Shown piece after piece: positions 34,587 to 46,427 of a DNA stretch of 64,000 nucleotides. Location: NCBI GenBank assembly GCA_963833425.1, contig CAWHXP010000003.1:192001-256000 (forward strand), written 5' to 3'. The notes beneath the pieces are model-generated. The model ran no database searches, had not been told where the DNA came from, and saw only the letters and a list, made by a program, of their open reading frames with translations. The position numbers were made by a program, and so were the translations under genes. Position 1 is the first letter of the stretch, and the number at the start of each line of letters is the position of its first letter. Origin of the DNA: an uncultured Methanosarcinaceae archaeon. GTDB taxonomy: Archaea; Halobacteriota; Methanosarcinia; Methanosarcinales; Methanosarcinaceae.

Positions 34587-36107
34587 ATGCAACCCAAAAC
34601 CTTGCAGATTCTCAAAACATTTGAAAAAATTAATTTAATTCCTCGCTGCTCAAAACATGAAGGAAAGCTTTCAATCTGGCTGCTGGAATGGAGCAGATCC
34701 AGAGGCTTTGAGGCAAAAGCTGATTCCTTTAACAATGTTCTTATAAGAGTCACTCCAACTAAGGGCTATGAGAGCTCTCCTATAGTTATTCTGCAGGGAC
34801 ATATGGATATGGTTTGTGAGAAATGTCCGGGCTCAAATCATGATTTCTTTAGAGATCCAATAAAATGCGTTTATGATGGGGATTGGCTAAGGGGAGATGG
34901 GACTTCCTTAGGGGCAGATAATGGAATTGCACTTGCAATCGGGTTAGTGCTCGCAGAGACTGGGAAAAAGGGTGAAATAGAACACCCACCTCTAGAACTT
35001 CTTTTTACAGTTGATGAAGAAACAGGTTTTACGGGAGTAAGAGGACTTGAGACTGGTTTCTGTGAAGGGAAGTTACTCTTGAATTTGGACTCAGAGGATG
35101 AAGGAGTCTTTATAGCAGGGTGCGCTGGAGGACAAAATTTACTGATTACACTTCCCGTTGAGTGGGAGAAGTTTGACTGTGGGAAGGGGGATTTATTCGG
35201 GTTTTTTCAGATATCAGTTGAGGGATTAGCGGGTGGACATTCAGGAGTTGAGATTCATAGGAAGCGGGCTAATGGAATTCTTTTGCTTACTAGGGCATTG
35301 GTCCGTTTGAGGGACAGGATTGGAGCAGAAAGTATCAGGCTTGTTCAGCTAAGCGGAGGCAGCGTTCACAACTCGATTCCGAATTTTGCAGAGGCATTTG
35401 TAGCCATAGATAGGAGAAAAACAGCAGAGGCTGCAGAAATAATCTCCAGTCTCTGGAAGACTTTTCAAACTGAATACGTAGAAACAGATACTAATCTTGT
35501 TCTGAGTCTTACGGAAGTCGATGATAAAACAGATCTTAGAAACATTGGATTTATGGTCCTCAAAAAGAAAATTACCTGGGGTAGAGTCTTATCTTCAGGG
35601 ACTGAAGAAAGGCTAATAGCACTGCTTCAGGAGTTGCCACATGGAGTTTACAGAATGTCGAATAATATTCCTGGACTTGTGGAAACCTCAAATAACCTTG
35701 CTATGGTGAGAACAACAGAACATGAAGTAAAGGTTATTTTAAGCCAACGCAGCTCTATCGCATCCAATTTGGCTGAAATTACCTGGGATGTAGAAGCTTT
35801 AGCGAAACTAGTAGGAGCATGGCTTGAGTATGAGAAATTTTACCCTGCCTGGGAACCTGACCTTGAGTCAGGTCTGCTTTCAAACTGCAGGCAAATTTAC
35901 ACAGGAACCTTCGGAAAAGAGCCGAAGGTAACAGTCGTGCATGCGGGGCTTGAGTGCGGAATAATCGGTTCAAAATTTAGGGATATGGAAATGATTTCTT
36001 TCGGGCCTACAATTAAAGATCCCCATTCTCCTGCAGAAAGGGTATTTATTCCCTCTGTTGAAAAGGTCTGGATCTTTCTGGAAAATTTACTAAAAAGTTA
36101 TCGTTGA
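34587..36107 (+). CDS. pepD: Aminoacyl-histidine (beta-Ala-His) dipeptidase, M20 family
   Basis: LQGHMDMVCEK, SLGADNG, TVDEETG, NLDSED, GGHSG, HAGLECG, HSPAE. Confidence 0.95.
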   Translation: MQPKTLQILKTFEKINLIPRCSKHEGKLSIWLLEWSRSRGFEAKADSFNNVLIRVTPTKGYESSPIVILQGHMDMVCEKCPGSNHDFFRDPIKCVYDGDWLRGDGTSLGADNGIALAIGLVLAETGKKGEIEHPPLELLFTVDEETGFTGVRGLETGFCEGKLLLNLDSEDEGVFIAGCAGGQNLLITLPVEWEKFDCGKGDLFGFFQISVEGLAGGHSGVEIHRKRANGILLLTRALVRLRDRIGAESIRLVQLSGGSVHNSIPNFAEAFVAIDRRKTAEAAEIISSLWKTFQTEYVETDTNLVLSLTEVDDKTDLRNIGFMVLKKKITWGRVLSSGTEERLIALLQELPHGVYRMSNNIPGLVETSNNLAMVRTTEHEVKVILSQRSSIASNLAEITWDVEALAKLVGAWLEYEKFYPAWEPDLESGLLSNCRQIYTGTFGKEPKVTVVHAGLECGIIGSKFRDMEMISFGPTIKDPHSPAERVFIPSVEKVWIFLENLLKSYR

Positions 36108-37161
36108 TTTATAGTATACATTGAAAGGAATCTCGCAAAAAATAGAATCGGATCATCAATGAATCCAACTTCAGTCCTTAATTTCGCAGTATTTTTTAGA
36201 TAAATGTTTTTTTATGATAGTTTTCCTAAAATATTTTCAAATAATAAAGGATCAAAATGCAACGTACAGACTGAATATAATCGTTTATAGTCCGATTTGC
36301 TTCTATTTTATATTTTCTCCTAAACTGTCACATTTATGCCTGAAGCCCCAACAAAAATAAGAATTAAAACTAAAAATATGATCACACAGTCAATTTTACG
36401 CTCACGTATTATGATACATATCTTTTTGATAGTTTGTCTGAATCATTCTTAAGGAAGCATTTTTTGAAGAAAATTATCAAGAGTACTCGCGGATGAGGAA
36501 TATATGCCATATTCTTAAGCCGTGATCGAATCTTAAAAACGAATATATCTCTCTTTTTTGGAAACATAGAGAGATATTTTGGTTACGACTTTCAACAATT
36601 AGTGAAAACTACTGAAATATATATGTAGAATAATTTATGGCACAAAAAACGATTTTAAGATAGAAGATTATGTAATTAATGAATGCCGCATGATTAATTG
36701 ATGAAATATCAACTTCATTTTAATAATCACTAATGTAGCAAAAAGTAAATAGGGTCAAATAGTCGAATTATGCTTTCTGGCAGTTTTGAAAGATCTTGAT
36801 GCTACGTTCTTTTCAAATTAAAGGTCAGGAGAGGTGCATCGTTAATAAAAATTGGTTTACTCACAGGAGCACAAGAACAATTATGAAATCAAAATAGAAT
36901 TTTGGAGAAAGAATATCTTGAAAACCAGAAATTCTGCCTATACATCACTCATTAGTATATGATGTCATATAACGATTTAAAAATCCTCCTCAAATATTTT
37001 TTTGATAATATTCAAGTGGAGAAATGGCCTCTGAACTAAAATATATTCATAAGTACTGAGACTGGGAATAGCTTTATGTATAAAAAATCATTATGACTAT
37101 GAAGAGTCTATTTTAATAGGTCCTAACAGACAGAAATAAGCATTAAGAGTAAAGGATTCTC

Positions 37162-37422
37162 ATGAACGAAATACGCGAAATGGACCGGTTTAAGTGTAAG
37201 GTTATAAGTGTAATTCAGAATCTTATCTGGAAAGGTGTAATTGTAGAAGAAAACGATACTAAAGGCCGGGTTTATTTTGGAAAAGTAAATGGCGAAATTG
37301 ATATTAATCAGGGCGACATTCTATATTTAGGTATCAGGCCTATCTATGAGTTAGAAGACAAAACTATGAGAGTTACACTTTACGATTCTGAAGATAAAAA
37401 ATTGGATTGGACTCTTATTTGA
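37162..37422 (+). CDS. Hypothetical protein (86 aa)
   Basis: Clean ORF with upstream TTTATGTA TATA-like box and protein-like composition. Confidence 0.75.
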   Translation: MNEIREMDRFKCKVISVIQNLIWKGVIVEENDTKGRVYFGKVNGEIDINQGDILYLGIRPIYELEDKTMRVTLYDSEDKKLDWTLI

Positions 37423-37765
37423 GCTAATAAGATTCCATAATTGTATTTGCATGTCTTTCATGGATTTAGGTAGAATTCCTTGGTAATTACGATCTTTTTT
37501 TAAAAATCATCATACTTTCAAATTCAATTTTTAATCTTTTCTAAACAAATTTAAACGTGCTTTTTCATTAACTTCCTACATATATACGCTCAGATGTGTG
37601 ATTTTGTTTGCTTATTTGCCCACTATTACTCATCTAAAATTCAATTAATTTTTAAGCTACTGTCATATTGAGAACATAGATGTATTCTTGTGTATATCTG
37701 CATAAAGTGGGCTCTGTAATAATATTTCGCTCTTAATTTATTTTTTTTAGTCTACAGCAAGAGCT

Positions 37766-38683
37766 TCATTCGGGCCTGTAAGATACTTCGATTTCCATCA
37801 GGTCTTCAGCTATGCTGACGTTCTCAAATATCTTTTTTGAATCGTTTAGGACGGGCTCAGCATCAGCTGCGTAGCGTGAGCTAATATGAGTAAGGACCAA
37901 CCTCCTGACTCCCGCTTCCCTCGCAAGGACTCCAACTTCACCAGCTGTCGAATGCCCTGATTCTTTCGCCCAATCTATCATTTCATTCGCGAAACTACAG
38001 TCATGAATTAGAAGGTCAGCGTCCCTGCTAGCCTCGAGGACTGCTTCACAGGGTCTTGTATCCCCACTGTATACAACAATTCTTCCCGGCCTCCTGGATC
38101 CCATCACATCTTCAGGCTTTATGATTTTTCCATTAACTTCGACATGATTTCCTTTTTGTAGTTTTGCAAAAAGAGGACCAGGTGAAATGCCCATCCCGAT
38201 TGCCTTTTCCCTGTTAAAGCGCCCTGGGCGTGGATTTTCCGCAAGTGCATATCCTAAACTAGGGATACTGTGCTCTGTTTTTAAGGCACGTATCGCATAA
38301 TTTTTTCCTTTCACAATGTCTCCTGGTTTTAATTGGACGCCCTCGATTTCATATTTTAAGTTGAAATAGCCAAAAGCTTTAGAAAGTTCGGTAAATTCTA
38401 GGGTTCCTTCTGGGCCATATATCCTAAGACGTTCTTTTCTCCCCATAAACGACATTGTCTGGATAAGGCCTGGTATTCCAAGAAAATGGTCTGCGTGAAA
38501 ATGACTAATAAAAATAGACGATAAGTTCATTATTCCTGTTTTTGCTCTCATCATTTGCTGCTGAGTTCCTTCTCCGCAATCAAAGAGAATGAGTTCTCCT
38601 TCCCTATTTATCATTATTGATGACGGGTTTCTGTCACGAGTTGGAAGGGAACCTCCAGTACCAAGGAAAATTATACGAAGCAT
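37766..38683 (-). CDS. rnz: Ribonuclease Z
   Basis: FLGTGG, FDCGEGTQ, SHFHADH, YSGDTRP, HST, LTHISSRY. Confidence 0.97.
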   Translation of the reverse strand: MLRIIFLGTGGSLPTRDRNPSSIMINREGELILFDCGEGTQQQMMRAKTGIMNLSSIFISHFHADHFLGIPGLIQTMSFMGRKERLRIYGPEGTLEFTELSKAFGYFNLKYEIEGVQLKPGDIVKGKNYAIRALKTEHSIPSLGYALAENPRPGRFNREKAIGMGISPGPLFAKLQKGNHVEVNGKIIKPEDVMGSRRPGRIVVYSGDTRPCEAVLEASRDADLLIHDCSFANEMIDWAKESGHSTAGEVGVLAREAGVRRLVLTHISSRYAADAEPVLNDSKKIFENVSIAEDLMEIEVSYRPE

Positions 38684-40003
38684 GATGAACCAACTTAATA
38701 CTTATAAGGTATTTATTGATTACCACTTAGATAATGCTAGAGAAACTCGCAGTAGATTCAATTTGTTAATGTGAACTTTCAAAATCTTAAAATAAGCTTG
38801 TTTCTGCGTTTATCATATTTTTGACTTCTTTCTCCCCTTGTAATTATCAGTAATTTTGAGCTAGATTTCCCTTTCTATCAAATTTAGAGATTATTTGTTT
38901 CAGTCGAATAACCCGTAGTTTACGACATGTATTCGACTGGAATAAATATATTGTCAAGCATTATCTTTACAAACCTGAGGATCAATTCTACTAATTTTGG
39001 TCCAATCAATAACCTTAAAGACTTTTGATCATTAATTTTTATACTTTTTAACGCACAGGTCAAAAAATAGATAAAAAATTGCAAAAAAGAATACGGAACT
39101 TTCCATTAAATCTCATTCGGTAAAGCAATGGGCATATAGCGGAAGGAACAAAACAAAAAAGATCATAATAGTGACCTTGAATATATGTTTTATAAATGTT
39201 TTTGGGAGAAGCTGACTTTTTTTCACAGGAAAAGAGTGTGAGATATAACGTTTCTGATAACTTGGGCAATTGAGCATTGGAACTAACTTGGAGGAAGGAT
39301 CGTGCAATGTTCCATGTTAAATCAAATATGCAAAGTAGGTAACTTAAAAAAGCGGAGATTATTGATTTCTGTCGGATAACCTTGATTTAGCATTCAAGAT
39401 ATTTTTTGTATAGTTTTTTTCATTTTTCTGGGTTTTCTCCAATTTTGAAAAATAGTAGAATTTCTTTCAAATTCATAGAATTACTTCTCCATTTGGAATA
39501 GTTAATTTGCTCCCATACAGGCATATGAATTATTTATAGTAATAAATATTGAATTCTTCAAATAATAGACTCAAATAAATTGATATGTGTTTCGTTTGAT
39601 TCATTATAAACCTCGTCGATATCGTAATTTTAGCAGGAGATTTTTTTAATTTTAGTTTTAAAAAACACCTGAGGACTAATAAAGTAGATTTTAATCGAAG
39701 GATCATTTGTGACCTAATCACGAATGCAAATTGTTTTTTAGGCAATCTCACTGGCCAATGAATTTGTGGTTTAAATTGACATAAATAATGAATACGTTTT
39801 GTGGTTAGACATTATAACTTTTTATCGTTTTTATTATCTTCAGTATATCAGGTAAAGAATAGCAATAACATTTCTAGAGATGATGATGGAATTTTGGATC
39901 TTAGAAGTTGGGTTATATATTAAAAATATCTTGTCTTGTATGTGAATCAACAAGTGATTTTTGGGTCATATTAATGATCCCTTTATAAGGCATCTTTATT
40001 ATA

Positions 40004-40089
40004 ATTGAAAATGCAAGAAATTTGAGATATTTGCTCACAAAAAATAGACGAAAATGATTCGTGAAAATCATATGTTCATAAAAATCCTC
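40004..40089. mobile_element. Degenerate MITE with IS5-type IR
   Basis: ATGATTCGTGAAAAT ... GTTCATAAAAATCCTC; left end eroded. Confidence 0.55.
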
Positions 40090-40672
40090 TATAACAAAGA
40101 GCTATACACAGCATCTTCATATCCACTCTTTGACTAGTAGTGAAAAGAACTTTTCCCGCTTTGACTCTTTTTGAGATACTCCATGAACTTGTCCCATGTA
40201 ACTCTTTTTAAACAGATTCTCTTTTTCCGTAGTATGACCCTTATTTCCAGGGGTGTTCTTTTACTGCTCTTTCTGTTGTTGAGCATAACTTTCGTTTTTG
40301 CTCCAGAGTATCATCTGTCTCGATGAATCACTTCCTTTTTTTTCTGATAAATCTACATACGAATCATGAAGTTGTCAGTCATTTTTTGAGTCTTCTGATC
40401 AGTCCGTAATCCTCTCTATTGTGCTATAAAATTTATATCCACTACGCGGCTTGCTCACCTTTTCGGTTCAGATTCCTCCTCGAATGCTCTTTTATTACTT
40501 ATTTTGTAAGGTTTATTCATTTTTGCATGTCTAGGATTTGAATGGTGAAAGTAGCTTACAGAATAATTCTCGTTTTCATTTTCAAATCAAGGAAATTAAT
40601 TTTGTTTCGAAACTGTCCCTATATTTCTTATTCTTAGCAGTTATCAATAATTTTTACTGAATTAAGACTGTG
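40090..40672 (-). mobile_element. 3' portion of the older IS5 transposase whose 5' piece is at 33338-33423
   Basis: The minus strand begins CACA-GTC.. and continues the IS5 frame (KIIDN, HSNPRHAKMNKP, SQRVDMKMLCIALCY); heavily decayed. Confidence 0.75.
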
Positions 40673-41430
40673 GAGGATTTCGATAAACTTCGGATTTTAT
40701 TTCTTAGCAGTAGTTTCTCATATCTTCCCCTCAATTTCTCTATTTAATTTCTCTTTTTGGCTTTACTTATTCTCAATTCTTTGATTTTAAAGATAGCTTC
40801 CGCTATCTTCAATATACTTTTTTTATTTTCAATGTCCTCAATTGATGAAGATTATAACAAAAAGCCGTATACAACATTTTTATATTTACTCTTTTAACAG
40901 TAGTAACAAAAACTCTTCCTGCTTTGAAAGTTTCTTTTGTTACTGAATAAACTCTTTTCCCTTGGAATCTTTTTGAGCTAATCCGCCTGCTTCTTGAAAC
41001 CTCACTCATCCAAGAGAAGGTTTTTTTACTGCTCTTTTAATTGTTGCATCATAACCTTTTGGCTTTGCTCCCAAGGATCCTTTGTCTCTGTAGACCACTT
41101 AATTTTTTTCTGATAAATCTACCTGAGAATTACTAAATAATCAGTCGTTGTTTGAACCTTCTAATCAGCTTATACTCCCGATATCGTATGATATTCACTT
41201 TATAACCAAAGTGCTACTTATTACCCTTTGTTATATAGGTTCCATCTCTGAATCTCCGTATTTTTGCTTTATTCTGAGGTTTATCTGCTTTTGCATCCCC
41301 AAGATCTGAATGATAAAAATGCCGTCCGGAATCATTTTCTTTTTTTACTTCCGAAATAAGACAATCAAACTGACTTTACAATTGTCTCCAGATCTCCTCT
41401 TTTTTGAGTTGTCAATAATTATCTTTCTGA
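40673..41430 (-). mobile_element. IS5-family element, 5'-truncated transposase pseudogene
   Basis: IR GAGGATTTCGATAAAC at 40673; 40940-41296 is the reverse complement of 33939-34295 with 2 mismatches. Confidence 0.88.
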
Positions 41431-42812
41431 GCACCCATTATTATAGCTTGAAGGAACTTGGAAACGCATAAATATTGGACCAAGAACTAAATGGAAAATT
41501 GGAGATAGCAGCGAAAAATAGTTGATTGAACTTATTTAGATGTCTACAAATTAAAACTACCAAAACATCTAAAATTTGCGATCATAATACTGGTAAGGAC
41601 ACTGATTCTCCAATTTGATTTTTAGGTTGGAAGGAAATTTTCAATTTTGGTAGGAATGAAAAAGAAATATTAAGATTAACAAATTTTGACCCACCTTTCG
41701 TGATTCAATTTGACAGATAATTTTCCGTTCCTTGAGTATTATCTTTTTCAGATTATCCTGTATGATCCTGGCTACATGTAAACTGGTTGATCGGGGCAAA
41801 GTATAGTCTTCTTTAAATATAATGCAACATTAATATATTTGTTAGTAGTATATTAATAAAATTATGAACTTGGAAACATTTACTATGGATATACTGTGGA
41901 TATGACTCTTGTTCCTGCGATAAAAAAATAACAGATTAGACTCTAATCCTTATTATTGGCAAATATGGTTTGGGATCAACGAAAGTTGTAAAATATTTTC
42001 AGCATATTGCTCACTGTTTACCGTTGGATAAAGCAGGCTGCGAAAACGATTCAAACAGCCTTAAATATAAAAAATAATTAAGAAGTTGGTATCTTTTAAA
42101 ACAAAACAACTTACTAGTCAAAGAAAGTGCTTTCGGAGCTGACAACAACAAACGATATTTAAAAAGAAAGGTAAAATATCTTATTCATATCACTAATTAG
42201 ACAAATTGTTAACTCGTTAGGCAAATAAATTTGGATCTAGATTAAAAAACTAAACTTGCACTCACAATCTAATTTATATCTGAAGTTCAAAATATTCCTG
42301 AACCAAATCATTTAATCTCTGCCATGATAATAGGAGTTTTTGTGTGAATTCAAATAAATCAAGATGTCTGACAATCGAATATCTAGCATTTCAGATAATG
42401 AGAAAGAATATTCAAACAATTTCTCAGATAATCCGATAAAATTTTATAATAACTGATAATAAATAATTAGATTTAATTACTTGAGTATCATTATTAGCTT
42501 ATATACCACTCTATTACTATAGTATTAGAGATTAATATAATTCAAAGAAAAATTGGGCCTTTGGACAAGAAAAATATGATACAACCATTCAGCCTACAAA
42601 AATCAGTCGATGGGTGTCAAATTTGATACAATAATACTTTATATTACTAACCAGTAGAGAAACAAAAAGCAGGATCCAAAGCTTACAAAGAAGAAAAAAA
42701 ATTGTGAGATTTGCTCACAAATGATTATAAAGATGATTATGAATAATGTTTTGTCCATTCTGAATAGTCACAATATAATGAAAATTAAACTAATTTTTAT
42801 TGTGGAGGAAAA

Positions 42813-43364
42813 AATAATGATAAGTTAATTTATATATAGATAATTATCTATGTGAATGATGAAATGATAACAAATATCATCGCTTTTGTGCCAGCGCATT
42901 ATGAGTCTAATTGAATCCATTAAACAATTAAATCACTTCTTTCGCAAACGCACAAGGTCGAAGTTATTGTCATCAATGACGATAGTGCAGATAACAAGAT
43001 AATAAGTTAGTATAAATATAAATATTTGATAGTCTTTGAAGATGATGAAATGACAACAAATGTTATCACTTTTGTTGCAGCACATAGGAGACTAATGTAA
43101 TTCGTTCAACAACTGAATACTTCCTTCACAAACGTACAAGGTAGATGTTGTCGTCATCAGTGATGATAGCACAGATAACATTATTATGAGTTAGTTTGAT
43201 ATAAAAATTTTATAATCTTTGGGGATGATTAAATGACAACAAATGTCATTGCGTTTGTGCCAGCACATAATGAAGCAAAAGTAATCCGTTCAACAATTGA
43301 ATCACTTCTTTCTCAAACGCACAAGGTCGATGTTGTTGTCATCAATGATAATAGCACAGATGAC
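42813..43364 (+). repeat. Three tandem ~185-bp units (upstream region plus first ~44 codons of the GT2 gene); first two degenerate
   Basis: ATGs at 42864, 43050 and 43233; MITNIIAFVPAHYE / MTTNVITFVAAH / MTTNVIAFVPAHNE. Confidence 0.9.
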
Positions 43365-44312
43365 ACAGCGGAAATAGTAAAAAATATAGCTGCTAATAAT
43401 AACCACATAAATTTGATAGAAACTGTGGGTAATAAATTTAAAAAATCTGGGGCATTAAATACTGCATATCAGACCATCGATCTGGAACCGTATGATTATG
43501 TGTTATCAGTTGATGGTGATACAGTCATAGCTTCAGATCTGGTTGAGCAAGCATTAATAGAATTTCAGCTAGATCCTCTACTTGGTGCGGTATGCTCCCG
43601 TGCCGGTGTAGTCAAACAGGTGACTCGCGGATTTTTTGAAAAGCTAATATATCACTGGCAGTATGTAGAATACGCGGAATTCGATCGAAGTCGAATTGGA
43701 CAGGGTACAAGCATTAAAGTCGCGCACGGTATGTGTACAGTTTACAAGATCGAAGCAATAAAAGCAGTTATGGCAAGACGTAAAAATGCTGGAAAACCGG
43801 ATTGCACTGTATACGATGTGCATAATATCACCGAAGACTACGAGCTGACGGTAACTCTGAAAGAACTAGGTTACCATATTGCTGCAGGTTTTGGGATGTA
43901 TGCCTGGACAGATGTTCCATTAAAGCTAGCAGATTTGTGGAAACAGCGGGTTCGTTGGCTTCGTGGTGGAATTGACACCTTATGGGAACATGGCTGGAAT
44001 AGAAGCACCAGAAAAGACATCCTGAACACCGTATTATTCTGGATTATGTTGTCGATTCAGGGCATTTTGCTAGATTATACTTTGGATGACATTATAACTG
44101 GCGCCTATCATTTAAATACGATGTTCATTCTTGTAATGTGTGTAATGTACGTCGACTGCATCTATACACTGCGATATGTACAAAATCCTAAAAAATGGGA
44201 CTATATAGTAAGATTGACATTTATCCCGCAATTACTGTATGCATGGTTTACTATTGCCCAGCTAGTCTATGCATACTATCTCTTCCTCTTCAACCCGAAT
44301 CAGGAATGGTAA
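43233..44312 (+). CDS. Processive GT2 glycosyltransferase (IcaA/PgaC/hyaluronan-synthase-like)
   Basis: PAHNE, NDNSTD, KSGALN, VDGD, ITED, QRVRW, C-terminal TM helices. Confidence 0.9.
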   Translation: MTTNVIAFVPAHNEAKVIRSTIESLLSQTHKVDVVVINDNSTDDTAEIVKNIAANNNHINLIETVGNKFKKSGALNTAYQTIDLEPYDYVLSVDGDTVIASDLVEQALIEFQLDPLLGAVCSRAGVVKQVTRGFFEKLIYHWQYVEYAEFDRSRIGQGTSIKVAHGMCTVYKIEAIKAVMARRKNAGKPDCTVYDVHNITEDYELTVTLKELGYHIAAGFGMYAWTDVPLKLADLWKQRVRWLRGGIDTLWEHGWNRSTRKDILNTVLFWIMLSIQGILLDYTLDDIITGAYHLNTMFILVMCVMYVDCIYTLRYVQNPKKWDYIVRLTFIPQLLYAWFTIAQLVYAYYLFLFNPNQEW

Positions 44313-44322
44313 CATGTTGTTA

Positions 44323-44496
44323 ATGCAATACCTACAAACGATTGTCACAATAATAGTTTCGGGAGGCATCACCGTGAAACTATCGAAGGACATATACAAA
44401 ACAAGAGAAAAACAAAAAACTCGAAAGGGATTATTAAAATTAAACTGGACAATCCCTAGTATCGCAAATGTAATCGAAAATAAATTCCTCAGATAA
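44323..44496 (+). CDS. Small putative single-TM protein after GT2 (possibly frameshifted)
   Basis: MQYLQTIVTIIVSGGITVKLSKD...; a second frame continues ..IPQIITYLKEWVHENKFITEII. Confidence 0.4.
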   Translation: MQYLQTIVTIIVSGGITVKLSKDIYKTREKQKTRKGLLKLNWTIPSIANVIENKFLR

Positions 44497-45154
44497 TAAC
44501 ATACCTTAAAGAATGGGTGCATGAAAACAAATTCATCACCGAAATAATCTCTTAGAGTAGGAAGATTTCATACTGATTTGTCATTATTCCAAATCCAAAA
44601 ACGTGCAAATAGTCTTTATTATCTTCTGCGCGACGACATTTAATTTCGATTGATGAAATACTATCGGTATATCACAGTCTACATAAAATGCCAAAATATA
44701 TAGTTCACACAGTCTAAATTGAATCGTGATGTTGACAATTTTTATAATTTTCAAGGCAGATTCCGTGAAAAGTTGAGAAAATCTTATCCATCAATCTCAT
44801 CAGGGGTTATCATATAAAATATTATTAAGTTAAGATACACTGATTTCATAACCAATCAGTCTTTCAATTGGAATCTTTTTAAAGTAATTAATAATGTAAA
44901 AGTGAATTCAGTGAACCAAAGACAATTAATGAACATTGATTTTAGGCAAAAAGGCAAAGGTCCTTACCTTTTTGCAACAAAATCAGTGGTCTCCGCGCAA
45001 GAAAATAGCTTAACAGATGACCAATGAGTTATCAGCTTTTCATCCTATAGTCAGTAAACTTCTTATCCCAGCAATGCAACTGTGAAAACACGACCTAAAT
45101 TTTATATAAGAAATAATGCCTCGCAAAAAGATTGAAGCGCAATTTGAAGCTCTG

Positions 45155-46318
45155 TCAACCTTCAAATACATCCTTTACTTTCTCAAAAAGGCCCTTTGTT
45201 TTTTTTTGTTTCTCTTTGGATTTGTCATTTGGGTCTCTTTCACTTCCATCGGACTTTTTACCCTCGCTCAGGTATTCAAACTGACGGAGAAGTTCTTTTT
45301 GTTCATAAGTAAGTCTGGTGGGAGTTTTGATTATAACTCTGACGAGCTGATCACCTCTTCCATGCCCGTGCAGATGCTGTATTCCCTTGTCTTTGAGCCT
45401 GAAAACAGCATGAGTTTGAGTTCCTGGAGGGATATTCATTTTAACCTTTCCATAAATGGTATCGACCATAACTTCCCCTCCGAGAGCAACCTGGGGGAAG
45501 GAGATTGGAAGTTCGGAAATTACATCATAATCGACCCGTTTGAAATACCTGTGTTCCATTAAATGCATGACAACATAAAGATCTCCAGCTGGTGCACCTG
45601 GTTCTCCTGAATCACCTTCCCCACTAAGCCTAAGGACCATTCCTGAATCTGCTCCTGCAGGTACGTTTACTGTTATTTTTCTCTTATTTCGAACTCTACC
45701 TGCTCCATTGCAAACGGAACACGGAGATTCAATAATCTGTCCCCTTCCACGACATGTACTACATGTAGTGGTGCTTACAAACTGCATACCTAAGCCGGAA
45801 CGAGTAGTGCGAACCTGACCTGTACCACCACATGTGGAACATCGTTTTGGGCTTGTTCCTGCTCTAGCTCCAGTCCCATGACAAGTGGAACATCTTTCAG
45901 TCCTTTGGATATCAATATCCTTGTGGGCCCCAAAAGCAGCCTCTTCAAAAGTAATATAAAGATCATACTGGAGATCAGATCCTTTCCTTGGCCCCATAGG
46001 ACCTCTTCTGCTTCCTCCAAAAAACATTTCGAAGATATCCCCAAATCCACTAAAGTCAGCGCCACGGAATATATCCTCTGCACTGTATTGCCCATCTATC
46101 CCAGCATGCCCAAAACGATCGTACTGAGCTCGTTTCTCAGGGTCTGAAAGAACTGCATAAGCCTCGGATATTTCTTTAAACTTTTCTTCAGCCCTAGCTT
46201 CCTTGTTCCTGTCAGGATGATATTTCAGTGCAAGTTTCCGATAAGTTTTCTTTATATTCTCAGCTGAGGCGTCTTTAGGCAATCCGAGAATTTCATAGTA
46301 ATCACGTGTCGTAGCCAT
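45155..46318 (-). CDS. dnaJ: Chaperone DnaJ
   Basis: J-domain HPD, G/F region, 4x CxxCxGxG. Confidence 0.98.
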   Translation of the reverse strand: MATTRDYYEILGLPKDASAENIKKTYRKLALKYHPDRNKEARAEEKFKEISEAYAVLSDPEKRAQYDRFGHAGIDGQYSAEDIFRGADFSGFGDIFEMFFGGSRRGPMGPRKGSDLQYDLYITFEEAAFGAHKDIDIQRTERCSTCHGTGARAGTSPKRCSTCGGTGQVRTTRSGLGMQFVSTTTCSTCRGRGQIIESPCSVCNGAGRVRNKRKITVNVPAGADSGMVLRLSGEGDSGEPGAPAGDLYVVMHLMEHRYFKRVDYDVISELPISFPQVALGGEVMVDTIYGKVKMNIPPGTQTHAVFRLKDKGIQHLHGHGRGDQLVRVIIKTPTRLTYEQKELLRQFEYLSEGKKSDGSERDPNDKSKEKQKKTKGLFEKVKDVFEG

Positions 46319-46427
46319 CAGGATTCCCTGTAATTTTTTAAAATTAAGAATTTAAAATATGCAAACAAAATTCAGCCAGGCCTGTGAATCTCCAGGCCGG
46401 CCACAATCAAGGTTAATTCTTCTCTTT

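Noticed and set aside
37619..37711. Possible IS1634-type MITE (CCCACT...AGTGGG)
   Set aside because: The IR match is too short to support from sequence alone.
42813..43364. GT2 5' repeats as a DGR template/variable pair or a CRISPR-like array
   Set aside because: No reverse transcriptase or cas genes. The differences include indels and are not adenine-specific, and there is no repeat-spacer alternation.
45116..45562. Antisense/shadow ORFs here and over hdrA, polyferredoxin, taw2, ftsY, dnaK, the ATP-grasp gene and cooC
   Set aside because: They overlap well-supported genes and have no motifs of their own.
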